DNA of 32,000 nt from a methane-oxidizing endosymbiont of Gigantopelta aegis (GCF_016097405.1 NZ_JAEHGD010000001.1:1391693-1423692), one strand, 5' to 3'; positions 1 to 9,626 are shown, counted from the first letter of the stretch. Program-made: numbers and translations. The notes: generated by a model not told the origin, from the sequence alone.

Positions 1-372
1 TTAAAAGAAATTTCCTATATTCATGCCGAAGCTTATCCGGCAGGTGAATTAAAACACGGTCCCTTGGCATTAATTGACGCTGAAATGCCGGTTATCACGG
101 TTGCACCGAATAATTCCTTGTTAGAAAAATTGAAGTCAAATATGCAGGAAGTCAGTGCGCGGGGAGGGCAATTGATTGTTTTTATGGATGAGACGTTGGC
201 CGGGGAGGAAAGCGAAAATGTACAGATTATTCCCGTTCCTAAAGTAGCCAATATCATTTCGCCGATTGTTTACACGATTCCTTTACAACTATTAGCCTAT
301 CATGTCGCGGTATTGAAGGGGACCGATGTGGATCAGCCCAGAAATCTGGCAAAATCGGTCACTGTAGAATAG
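1..372 (+). CDS. glmS: Glutamine--fructose-6-phosphate aminotransferase, C-terminal fragment (5' end outside window)
   Basis: Frame 1 is open from base 1: [26 protein letters not shown]...[13 protein letters not shown]. This is the SIS-domain C-terminus with the canonical KSVTVE end of GlmS. Track ORF 64..372 is only the internal-Met part. Confidence 0.9.
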   Translation, partial: LKEISYIHAEAYPAGELKHGPLALIDAEMPVITVAPNNSLLEKLKSNMQEVSARGGQLIVFMDETLAGEESENVQIIPVPKVANIISPIVYTIPLQLLAYHVAVLKGTDVDQPRNLAKSVTVE

Positions 373-858
373 CTAATAGAGTATTTTATGATCAATTTTC
401 AGCCATTCCTCAAACGGACGACTCGCAGTGTCCAGAGGAATGTGCTGCATAGGGATACGGCGTTCTTCGGGAGGCTTGGCAATTTCCTCGTAAATAAAGG
501 CATCGTCAAAGCCTGATTTGGCCGCGTCAAAGCGCGTACTGGCAAAAAATACGCGCTCCAAACGTGCCCAGTAAATGGCGCCTAAACACATCGGGCAAGG
601 TTCGCAGCTGGTATATAGTGTGCAGCCTGTCAATTGAAAGTCCTGTAAATTTTGGCATGCGGATCGAATCACCATGATTTCGGCGTGTGCGGTTGGGTCG
701 AGATTCGGTGTAACTCGATTACCACTCGATGCAATAATTTTATTATTTTTGACGATGAGTGCGCCATAAGGGCCGCCATTGGCTTCATTTACATTCTGTG
801 TCGCCAAGTCTATCGCCTGATGTAGAAAGTGTTGGTGTGAACTCAGAGCTATAGTCAT
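373..858 (-). CDS. guaD: Guanine deaminase / nucleoside deaminase of the cytidine-deaminase fold (GuaD type)
   Basis: 161 aa with the zinc motifs HAE (PTAHAEIMVIR) and CEPCPMCLGAIYWAR. Collinear along its length with B. subtilis GuaD as I recall it (GFDDxFIYxEIxKPxEER). Confidence 0.8.
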   Translation of the reverse strand: MTIALSSHQHFLHQAIDLATQNVNEANGGPYGALIVKNNKIIASSGNRVTPNLDPTAHAEIMVIRSACQNLQDFQLTGCTLYTSCEPCPMCLGAIYWARLERVFFASTRFDAAKSGFDDAFIYEEIAKPPEERRIPMQHIPLDTASRPFEEWLKIDHKILY

Positions 859-862
859 GATT

Positions 863-1930
863 CTATTTGAGGCCTAAGGGGTTATCAGGATCAATGCCAT
901 CCATGAAAGGCAGTCTGCGATCTCGGTTGGTCAGCTGGTAAACCTTACCTAACCAATTATTGAAAACCGCTTTCGCCGTATCGCGCCAAGTAATATCGAG
1001 GTGTTCACGAATTTCGGATTCTGGAAAGGCAGGGAAAGCCATTTTTTTGTTTTTAGCGGAAATGACATCCTGCTTGTAATCTGTCAGGAGCGCTTGAACG
1101 ATGTCATTAAAATAGTTTTCAGGAAAAGGGGGATAGTCAGCACGCTCATGATTAAAAAAACGGATGACTTCACGTTTATATTCTTTCATTAAACTGATGT
1201 CATCATATTCAGGATGTCCCTGAAAGAACACGACACGAAAACCATCCGGGCTAACGGCTAAATGAACCCCCGCGTCATCACTGGCCACTAAAACTTTTAA
1301 GCCGTGTTGTTCCATGTCTTTCTGAAAAACCTCATTAAAGCGAGAATGAGGAACATCAAATCGAGTATTGATTTCAATCACCAGAGGATGGAGGCGATCA
1401 ATCACCTTGTGTGAAAAAACGCCCCAGCGTTTAGCGGGTAAGGGGGTGCGTTCAATACCATAACAATATTGGATTAAAGCATGTGTGGCCAGGCAAGAAC
1501 ATAAAATCGATGTGACGTTTTGTTTGGCCCAGGCAAATACTTCAGTAAGGGGTTGCCAGAATGCTTCTTGTTGTAAATGGGGGTGGGTGACGTTGGCACC
1601 ACTGATAATTAACGCATCCAATCCATCCTGTTTTATTTGTTCGAAAGTTTCATAATACTGTACGATATGCGCCTTCGCTTCAGGGCCGCGTTCTAATCCT
1701 TCGATGGTAAATGGGTGAACATGAAACTGCGCGATTTGATTACACGCACCTAATAACCTGAAAAATTGACGTTCAGTCGCTTCCAGCGCCGCATCAGGCA
1801 TGATATTCAGTAGACCAATATGCAATTCACGAATATCTTGTTGTTGTGCGCGGTCAGGCGGCAAAATTTCTTCGCCTTCAGCCTGTAAGCGTTTAAAAGT
1901 CGGTAAATTGGTATGAGCAACTAGTGGCAT
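863..1930 (-). CDS. metA: Homoserine O-acyltransferase (MetA family; succinyl or acetyl specificity not decidable)
   Basis: MPLVAHTNLPTFKRLQAEGEEI...LHIGLLNIMPDAALEATERQFFRLL is collinear with the MetA N-terminus (MPIRVPDELPAV...LNLMPKKIETE). The ORF is open to 1960, but the ATG at 1928..1930 matches the family start and avoids overlap with the upstream gene. Confidence 0.85.
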   Translation of the reverse strand: MPLVAHTNLPTFKRLQAEGEEILPPDRAQQQDIRELHIGLLNIMPDAALEATERQFFRLLGACNQIAQFHVHPFTIEGLERGPEAKAHIVQYYETFEQIKQDGLDALIISGANVTHPHLQQEAFWQPLTEVFAWAKQNVTSILCSCLATHALIQYCYGIERTPLPAKRWGVFSHKVIDRLHPLVIEINTRFDVPHSRFNEVFQKDMEQHGLKVLVASDDAGVHLAVSPDGFRVVFFQGHPEYDDISLMKEYKREVIRFFNHERADYPPFPENYFNDIVQALLTDYKQDVISAKNKKMAFPAFPESEIREHLDITWRDTAKAVFNNWLGKVYQLTNRDRRLPFMDGIDPDNPLGLK

Positions 1931-1937
1931 GGCAGAG

Positions 1938-2783
1938 TCAGGATTGTTTGGCAATCGCATCGGCGATTAAATGGATGAAGTCATCTTCACTCGTAACATT
2001 TGCCGTGTCTTCGGCGCTGACTGTATAGCCAAATTGGTCGGCGATAGCCTGATAGCGTGGAAGACGAGACTTAAACAAATGAGGGAAAACCCAGCTCACA
2101 AAATCATCGGGTGGAATTTGATTGCTGTCACGGTAGCCTCGCTCCGCCATATAAAGTGTAAGCTGTTCGTCTAAAAATGCTTCGCGATAATATAAAGGCT
2201 TTGGGTCGGACTTTGCGCGAGCAATTATCGTTTTCTCCAGGGATGGTGGGATTTTTATATAGATAATGAGTGTGTGTTCGGCGAGTGTTTCCAGAACACC
2301 GGGGTCATCAAGTTCACAGACACTACCGCCGGCATCATTGATAAAATTGGTGTAGCCATAGATTTGTTCTGCCTTTTCAATAAACGCCGGTACATCATTC
2401 ATTGCCGCGATTTCAGCCTGTCGATGGAGATTTTGACGTCGTTTGAATTCGTCTAAGGGCAGGCCACCTAAATCAGGGTTACCTAACTTACCTAAAAAGC
2501 AGGAAACCGGGTCAAGATTGTCAAACGTAATGTTATTGCGAATGTAAATCGAATCATTCAATAATAATTTGCGTAAAAAAGGGACATCCATTGCCTGGCG
2601 TTTAACATTGTCCAAAATTGGTTCATCCAGGTATTTTGTTCCAATTCGGTAGTCTCCAGAATAATGAAACCATCGGCTTCGCGGTAGCTTTTTGGCTAAG
2701 GTTGTTTTGCCTGCACCAGACATGGCAAGTAAAGTAATGCTTTTGGACTTCCAGTCCAAAAAGTCTTGCGGTGACATTTTCAT
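1938..2783 (-). CDS. P-loop NTPase (shikimate-kinase/AAA_33-like), function unknown
   Basis: 281-aa ORF with an N-terminal Walker A (LLAMSGAGKTTLAKKL). No other recognisable motif. Confidence 0.6.
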   Translation of the reverse strand: MKMSPQDFLDWKSKSITLLAMSGAGKTTLAKKLPRSRWFHYSGDYRIGTKYLDEPILDNVKRQAMDVPFLRKLLLNDSIYIRNNITFDNLDPVSCFLGKLGNPDLGGLPLDEFKRRQNLHRQAEIAAMNDVPAFIEKAEQIYGYTNFINDAGGSVCELDDPGVLETLAEHTLIIYIKIPPSLEKTIIARAKSDPKPLYYREAFLDEQLTLYMAERGYRDSNQIPPDDFVSWVFPHLFKSRLPRYQAIADQFGYTVSAEDTANVTSEDDFIHLIADAIAKQS

Positions 2784-2788
2784 AGGGC

Positions 2789-3094
2789 TTAAAAGTCGTT
2801 CAATTTATCCAAGTCTAAAGGATCAGCATCGGTGGCCGTATGCATATCCGGATCGGAATAACCCAAATCATCGGGTTCCAAATCATCAAAAGGAGCGCTC
2901 CAGTCTTCTGGTGCTTCAATATAATCAAAGGTAGAATTGTACCAGCTATCTGAATCGTACTCGCCAATATCCCCATTGATGTATTGCACTTCGATCGTGT
3001 TATCCGAGTCTTCGATAGCAACTACTTTGAAGCTCAAATCATTTTCAACATCTTTATACCAGCGTCCAATAACAGGATCGGTTACCGTAGTCAT
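2789..3094 (-). CDS. Small acidic hypothetical protein
   Basis: 101-aa ORF, very D/E rich at the C-terminus, placed 5 nt upstream of the P-loop gene on the same strand. The overlapping ORFs 2815..3021(-) and 2937..3128(+) look spurious. Confidence 0.5.
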   Translation of the reverse strand: MTTVTDPVIGRWYKDVENDLSFKVVAIEDSDNTIEVQYINGDIGEYDSDSWYNSTFDYIEAPEDWSAPFDDLEPDDLGYSDPDMHTATDADPLDLDKLNDF

Positions 3095-3168
3095 AACAGC
3101 TCTCCAAAAGAAAAAGTGTTACCACTAAAGATACCAGAAAAATAAAAAAATGTATGTGTAAAAACCGT

Positions 3169-3196
3169 TTGACAGTTTTAAAGAAGTGAGTATAAT
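3169..3196 (+). promoter_or_regulatory. rrn promoter P1 (sigma70 consensus)
   Basis: TTGACA (3169..3174), a 16-nt spacer, then TATAAT (3191..3196). Preceded by an A-rich UP-like tract (aaaaataaaaaaatg). Confidence 0.6.
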
Positions 3197-3281
3197 GGCC
3201 TGCTCTTTCGCGATGGAATTGCGAAGTGCCGGGACGGCGGGGTTGGCGATGTTTTTTTGTTCCAACTTTTTTAAAAAGGAT

Positions 3282-3309
3282 TTGACAGACGGATTTGGGT
3301 CTGTATAAT
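3282..3309 (+). promoter_or_regulatory. rrn promoter P2 (sigma70 consensus)
   Basis: TTGACA (3282..3287), a 16-nt spacer, then TATAAT (3304..3309). Sits about 113 nt downstream of P1, the usual tandem rrn arrangement. Confidence 0.6.
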
Positions 3310-3356
3310 GGTCGGACTCAACGGGGCAGGTTGCTCCGGACCGGTTATCCGGCCGA

Positions 3357-3369
3357 TGCTCTTTAACAA
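3357..3369 (+). promoter_or_regulatory. boxA antitermination element in the rrn leader
   Basis: tgctctttaacaa is identical to the E. coli rrn boxA consensus TGCTCTTTAACAA. Confidence 0.7.
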
Positions 3370-3371
3370 AA

Positions 3372-3395
3372 CAATCGAAATAATTTGTGTGGGTA
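3372..3395 (+). other. 5' half of the 16S precursor processing stem (pairs with 5233..5256)
   Basis: caatcgaaataatttgtgtgggta (3372..3395) is largely complementary to gtccacaacaaattatttcgattg (5233..5256). The two bracket the 16S like an RNase III stem. Confidence 0.5.
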
Positions 3396-3603
3396 CTTGT
3401 GGTGGATATTTTAGACTGTACTAAGATATTCGACACAGATATTCATGTCAATTCTAAAGCAGAATTTACGTTGATTCTGGGTCGAGCCAAGATTGGATAC
3501 TCGTCTTACAGAGTATCAAACATTATTAAACTGAAGAGTTTGATCATGGCTCAGATTGAACGCTGGCGGTATGCTTAACACATGCAAGTCGAACGGTAAC
3601 AGG

Positions 3604-3668
3604 CCCTTCACCTAAATTTATTTGCTAAAGAGCAGTTGAGAACACATGCGATAGATTTAGGTGAGGGG
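3604..3668 (+). other. 16S insertion 1: hairpin-ended IVS-like element at the helix 6 apex
   Basis: Where E. coli has GGTAACAGGAAGAAGCTTGCTTCTTTGCTGACGAGT, this sequence has ggtaacagg[cccttcacctaaatttat...atagatttaggtgagggg]tgctgacgagt. Arms 3604..3621 and 3651..3668 pair with two G-U wobbles. Confidence 0.6.
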
Positions 3669-3760
3669 TGCTGACGAGTGGCGGACGGGTGAGTAACGCG
3701 TAGGAATCTGCCCAGTGGTGGGGGACAACTTGGGGAAACTCAAGCTAATACCGCATACGA

Positions 3761-3854
3761 CCCTCACCTAGAATTGAGTGTTTTTTATTGAGGATATGTT
3801 AGGAAGTCATTGTTCTGACATATTCAGTAGAGAACATTGAATTCTAGGTGAGGG
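3761..3854 (+). other. 16S insertion 2: hairpin-ended IVS-like element in the helix 9/10 region (E. coli about nt 185-190)
   Basis: accgcatacga[ccctcacctagaatt...aattctaggtgaggg]tgaaagcggggga. Perfect 15-bp terminal inverted repeat 3761..3775 / 3840..3854. E. coli has only ACGTCGCAAGACCAAAG at this position. Confidence 0.7.
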
Positions 3855-3968
3855 TGAAAGCGGGGGATCTTTTTAGACCTCGCGCCATTGGATGAGCCTG
3901 CGTTAGATTAGCTAGTTGGTGGGGTAAAGGCCTACCAAGGCGACGATCTATAGCTGGTCTGAGAGGAC

Positions 3969-4059
<91 letters not shown>

Positions 4060-4160
4060 AATACCGCGTGTGTGAAGAAGGCCTGAGGGTTGTAAAGCAC
4101 TTTCAGAAGGGAGGAAAACACACGGGCCAATACCCCGTGTCTTGACATTACCTTCAGAAG

Positions 4161-4208
<48 letters not shown>

Positions 4209-4438
4209 GAGCGTTAATCGGAATTACTGGGCGTAAAGCGTGCGTAGGCGGTTTGTTAAGTCAGAAGTGAAAGCCCTGGGCTCAACCTGGGAACGGCTTT
4301 TGAGACTGGCAGACTAGAGTTGAGTAGAGGGGAGTGGAATTTCCGGTGTAGCGGTGAAATGCGTAGAGATCGGAAGGAACACCAGTGGCGAAGGCGACTC
4401 CTGGACTCAAACTGACGCTGAGGTACGAAAGCGTGGGT

Positions 4439-4483
<45 letters not shown>

Positions 4484-4540
4484 TCAACTAACCGTTGGGC
4501 GCATTGAGCGCTTAGTGGTGGAGCTAACGTATTAAGTTGA

Positions 4541-4577
<37 letters not shown>

Positions 4578-4591
4578 TGAATTGACGGGGG

Positions 4592-4627
<36 letters not shown>

Positions 4628-4704
4628 CAACGCGAAGAACCTTACCACCCCTTGACATCCCAGGAATCCTTTAGAGATAGAGGAGTGCCTTCGGGAACCT
4701 GGAG

Positions 4705-4760
<56 letters not shown>

Positions 4761-4818
4761 TAACGAGCGCAACCCTTATCCTTAGTTGCTAGCAGGTTAA
4801 GCTGAGAACTCTAGGGAG

Positions 4819-4871
<53 letters not shown>

Positions 4872-4964
4872 CTTATGGGGTGGGCTACACACGTGCTACA
4901 ATGGCCGGTACAGAGGGCAGCGAACTCGCGAGGGTAAGCAAATCTCACAAAGCCGGTCCCAGTC

Positions 4965-4997
<33 letters not shown>

Positions 4998-5028
4998 CGG
5001 AATCGCTAGTAATCGCGAATCAGAATGT

Positions 5029-5083
<55 letters not shown>

Positions 5084-5273
5084 GGTTGCTCCAGAAGTGG
5101 CTAGTCCAACCTTTTAGGAGGGCGGTCACCACGGAGTGATTCATGACTGGGGTGAAGTCGTAACAAGGTAGCCCTAGGGGAACCTGGGGCTGGATCACCT
5201 CCTTACAAAGACAGCTAAAAGCCGTCATGAGTGTCCACAACAAATTATTTCGATTGAGAGAGAAGATGAGCCT

Positions 5274-5350
<77 letters not shown>

Positions 5351-5532
5351 ATTTTGCGTTGTTCTGCGTTAAATGCTCGCTCACGTACTAACGTACGCTA
5401 CGCGACCATTTGCCTTGATCAACACAAAATCCGAATAATCTAAAAGGCGAATCAAAAGGATTGGTCATGATAGATTAAACGGGAGATGGTCTGGGAAAGC
5501 GGGAATTGCTTAACAGCAAATACCAGTTTACT

Positions 5533-5608
5533 GGGGCCATAGCTCAGCTGGGAGAGCGCCTGCCTTGCACGCAGGAGGTCGGGAGTTCGATCCTCCCTGG
5601 CTCCACCA
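5533..5608 (+). tRNA. tRNA-Ala (anticodon UGC)
   Basis: ggggccatagctcagctgggagagcgcctgcctTGCacgcaggaggtcgggagttcgatcctccctggctccacca. 76 nt with the G3-U70 identity pair. Confidence 0.95.
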
Positions 5609-5700
5609 TCATGAGGCAGGTGGGAAGAAACCAATGCTATCTGATTTCGATAAAAACTATTATCGAGAACCGATAGCATTAGTTTTTAAAAAGACTAATA

Positions 5701-5712
5701 GCTCTTTAACAA
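5701..5712 (+). promoter_or_regulatory. Spacer boxA-like element upstream of 23S
   Basis: gctctttaacaa, the same core as the leader boxA. Confidence 0.5.
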
Positions 5713-6431
5713 TGTGGAAATCTGTAACCGATTCTTAAACAGAATCGAAACGAGTTACATCAAACAATAGGCGACTATTGACTTGATGCTAATGAGTTCT
5801 CAAGCAGAAAAATCGTAGTGTCAGCTGACGATATAACACAACAGATGTTCAGCCGCAGTTTCGAAAGAAAGTGCAGTCAAACAGACTGATTGGGGTTATA
5901 TGGTCAAGTGAATAAGCGCATACGGTGGATGCCTAGGCAGTAAGAGGCGATGAAGGACGTTGTAGCATGCGATAAGCCACGGGGAGAATGCAAACATTCT
6001 TTGATCCGTGGATTTCCGAATGGGGAAACCCAATCGACACCAAGTCGATTATCCTTACCTGAATACATAGGGTAAGGAGGCGAACCGGGAGAACTGAAAC
6101 ATCTAAGTACCCCGAGGAAAAGAAATCAACCGAGATTCCCTAAGTAGCGGCGAGCGAACGGGGATTAGCCCTTAAGTCCAGCACCATTTAGTGGAATGCT
6201 CTGGAAAGTGCAGTCATAGATGGTGATAACCCAGTACACGAAAAATGGTGCTGAATGAAATCGAGTAGGTCGGCGCACGTGAAACGTTGACTGAATATGG
6301 GGGACCATCCTCCAAGGCTAAATACTCCTTACTGACCGATAGTGAACCAGTACCGTGAGGGAAAGGCGAAAAGAACCCCGGAGAGGGGAGTGAAATAGAT
6401 CCTGAAACCGTATGCGTACAAGCAGTGGGAG

Positions 6432-6871
6432 CCCCTCACCTTCAGATGGTATTCTGGTGTTTAAAACACCACGCCTCTAAGGTATAAAAAGCACCACTGA
6501 AGTTGAGACCAACATGTATTATGTTTATGTACTTCAATCAAAGGCAGATGAAGAAAAATTTTACCTGGGTAGCACGACGGATTTAAAACGACGTGTCGAA
6601 GAACACAATCAAGGTAAAAATAAGTCAACGAAAACACAGCAATGGACATTGGTGTATTACGAAGCTTATACAACAGAATCAGCAGCCAGAGAACGGGAGC
6701 ATAAACTAAAACAAGATGGTCGAAGAAACGATTTTTAATGCAACGCATAAAAAAAGAGTTTAAAACAAACTAGGGGCCCCGCACCTAAATTAGGTGATGC
6801 GCCGGCGAGTCAAACATTACAACGTTAATAAAACGTTGTAGATACCGTACCAGAATAATTTAGGTGCGGGG
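6432..6871 (+). other. 23S insertion A: about 440-nt IVS-like element replacing the helix 25 apex, with a GIY-YIG ORF
   Basis: E. coli GGGAGCACGCTTAGGCGTGTGACTGCGTACC corresponds here to gggagc[ccctcacct...aatttaggtgcgggg]tgactgcgtacc. The outer arms cccctcacct / aggtgcgggg have one mismatch, and tattctggt / accagaata also pair. Confidence 0.75.
6514..6738 (+). CDS. Small GIY-YIG nuclease family protein (YhbQ/UPF0213-like) encoded inside 23S insertion A
   Basis: 74 aa: MYYVYVLQSKADEEKFYLGSTTDLKRRVEEHNQGKNKSTKTQQWTLVYYEAYTTESAAREREHKLK. It has a GIY-like YVY, a YIG-like YLG, and conserved Arg and Glu at the spacing of stand-alone GIY-YIG proteins. Same strand as the rRNA, with only a weak SD (gag 8 nt upstream). 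Confidence 0.7.
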   Translation: MYYVYVLQSKADEEKFYLGSTTDLKRRVEEHNQGKNKSTKTQQWTLVYYEAYTTESAAREREHKLKQDGRRNDF

Positions 6872-7358
6872 TGACTGCGTACCTTTTGTATAATGGGTCA
6901 GCGACTTACATTTTGTGGCAAGCTTAACTGAATAAGGGAGGCGTAGCGAAAGCGAGTCTTAATAGGGCGAAAAGTCGCAAGGTGTAGACCCGAAACCGGG
7001 CGATCTATCCATGGCCAGGTTGAAGGTTGGGTAATACCAACTGGAGGACCGAACCGACTTATGTTGAAAAATGAGCGGATGAGCTGTGGATCGGAGTGAA
7101 AGGCTAATCAAGCCCGGAGATAGCTGGTTCTCCTCGAAAGCTATTTAGGTAGCGCCTCGTGTATAACTGTTGGGGGTAGAGCACTGTTTCGGCTAGGGGT
7201 CATCCCGACTTACCAACCCGATGCAAACTCCGAATACCAACAAGTTGCAGCACGGGAGACACGGCGGGTGATAAGGTTCGTCGTGGAAAGGGAAACAGCC
7301 CAGACCGTCAGCTAAGGTCCCAAAATCATAGCTCAGTGGAAAACGATGTGGGAAGGCC

Positions 7359-7423
<65 letters not shown>

Positions 7424-8134
7424 GAGTCGGCCTGCGCGGAAGATTTACCGGGGCTAAGCTATGTACCGAAGCTACGGATTCATCCTTTAGGATGAGTGGT
7501 AGAGGAGCGTTCTGTACGCCTGCGAAGGTGAACTGAGAAGTTTGCTGGAGGTATCAGAAGTGCGAATGCTGACATGAGTAACGATAATGGGGTGAAAAAC
7601 CCCACGCCGAAAGCCCAAGGTTTCCTGCGCAACGCTAATCGACGCAGGGTTAGTCGGCACCTAAGGCGAGGCCGAGAGGCGTAGTCGATGGAAAACAGGT
7701 TAATATTCCTGTACTTGTTATAGCTGCGATGGGGTGACGGAGAAGGCTAGGTCAGCGACCTGTTGGATTAGGTCGTTTAAGCGTGTAGGGAGAGAGCTTA
7801 GGTAAATCCGGGCTCTTGTTAATCCTGAGGCGTGATGACGAAGCATGCTTTTTAAGCGTGCGAAGTGATTGATGCCCGGCTTCCAAGAAAAACCTCTAAG
7901 CTTCAGGCTATGACGAGCCGTACCCCAAACCGACACAGGTGGGTGGGATGAGAATTCTAAGGCGCTTGAGAGAACTCGGGTGAAGGAACTAGGCAAAATG
8001 GTACCGTAACTTCGGGAGAAGGTACGCCCTTGGTAAGTGAAGCCCCTTGCGGGTGGAGCTGAAGAGGGTAGCATTAAACTGGTGGCTGCGACTGTTTAGC
8101 AAAAACATAGCACTCTGCAAACACGAAAGTGGAC

Positions 8135-8169
<35 letters not shown>

Positions 8170-8184
8170 TAATTGATGGGGTTA

Positions 8185-8473
8185 CCCCTCACCTAGATTA
8201 TTTATAAAATGTATTACGTTTATGTACTTTATAGTCGAGAAAAAGACACGTTTTATTTAGGTTATACCGCTGACTTAAAACAGCGTTTTAATCAACATAA
8301 AAACGGAGCAAATAAATCGACTAAAAAACACAAGATTGGATACTTTCTTATTATGAAGCTTACTTAACAGAGCAGGCTGCAAGAAAAGAGAAAGTAACTT
8401 AAAGCGTAGTGGAAAAGCGTATCATAGTTTGAAACAACGAATACGTGACAGTTTAGATAATCTAGGTGAGGGG
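8185..8473 (+). other. 23S insertion B: 289-nt IVS-like element at the apex of the helix preceding H69 (H68, E. coli about nt 1866-1875)
   Basis: E. coli GATGGGGTTAGCGCAAGCGAAGCTCTTGATCG corresponds here to gatggggtta[cccctcacctagattat...ataatctaggtgagggg]ggaagctcttgatcg. Perfect 17-bp terminal inverted repeat 8185..8201 / 8457..8473. Confidence 0.75.
8209..8460 (+). pseudogene. GIY-YIG nuclease paralogue inside 23S insertion B, interrupted by two frameshifts as assembled
   Basis: ATG at 8209 gives MYYVYVLYSREKDTFYLGYTADLKQRFNQHKNGANKSTKK, with a stop at 8365..8367. Shifting frame after the A6 run (8323..8328) continues TQDWILSYYEAYLTEQAARKREK. A second shift gives NLKRSGKAYHSLKQRIRDSLDNL. 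The corrected reading is collinear with the ORF in insertion A at roughly half identity by eye. Confidence 0.55.
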
Positions 8474-8484
8474 GGAAGCTCTTG

Positions 8485-8578
<94 letters not shown>

Positions 8579-8649
8579 CGATGGCCACACTGTCTCCACC
8601 CGAGACTCAGTGAAATTGAAATTGCGGTGAAGATGCCGTATACCCGCGG

Positions 8650-8682
<33 letters not shown>

Positions 8683-9004
8683 GCTTTACACTGGACTTTG
8701 AACCTACTTGTGTAGGATAGCTGGGAGACTGTGAAGCGAGGACGCCAGTTCTCGTGGAGTCGTCCTTGAAATACCAGCCTGGTATGTTTGAAGTTCTAAC
8801 CTAGGCCCGTTATCCGGGTTGGGGACAGTGTATGGTGGGTAGTTTGACTGGGGCGGTCTCCTCCCAAAGCGTAACGGAGGAGCACGAAGGTACCCTAATC
8901 CTGGTCGGAAATCAGGAGGTTTGTGCAAAGGCATAAGGGTGCTTGACTGCGAGACGGACGTGTCGAGCAGGTACGAAAGTAGGTCTTAGTGATCCGGTGG
9001 TTCT

Positions 9005-9060
<56 letters not shown>

Positions 9061-9089
9061 ACCGCCCAAGAGTTCATATCGACGGCGGT

Positions 9090-9216
<127 letters not shown>

Positions 9217-9335
9217 TGCCGTGGGCGTTTGAGATTTGAGGGAAGCTGCTCCTAGTACGAGAGGACCGGAGTGGACGTTCCTCTGGTGTTCCGGTTGTCA
9301 CGCCAGTGGCATTGCCGGGTAGCTATGAACGGACA

Positions 9336-9369
<34 letters not shown>

Positions 9370-9626
9370 CTCCCAAGATGAGATCTCACTGGGACTTAAA
9401 GTCCCCTGAAGGGCCGTTGAAGACCACAACGTTGATAGGCGGGATGTGGACGTGCAGTAATGTATGAAGCTAACCCGTACTAATTGCCCGTGAGGCTTGA
9501 CCATATAACACCCAATGAGTTTGGTGTTATGTGAGCGATGACATAACGTTTTGACTGCATGAGATTACAGATTTCTGCATCGAGGGGAAACCCTCAAGGC
9601 AACGGCCTTTACAGGCCAAAACAGTT

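Noticed and set aside
2461-2475. A cacctaaat match inside the P-loop ATPase gene, and gcacctaagg at about 7657..7666 in 23S
   Set aside because: The first is an isolated 9-mer in coding sequence with no inverted partner. The second is native conserved 23S sequence (E. coli GGCCTAAGGCGAGG region). Neither belongs to the insertion family.
3125-3436. 103-aa minus-strand ORF upstream of 16S
   Set aside because: It overlaps both consensus rrn promoters and boxA. Its composition is AT-driven and it has no motif, so the region is better explained as the rrn control region.
6461-6748. 95-aa ORF antisense to the GIY-YIG gene in 23S insertion A
   Set aside because: The sense ORF has a clear family signature. 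The antisense translation has none and simply mirrors the sense ORF.
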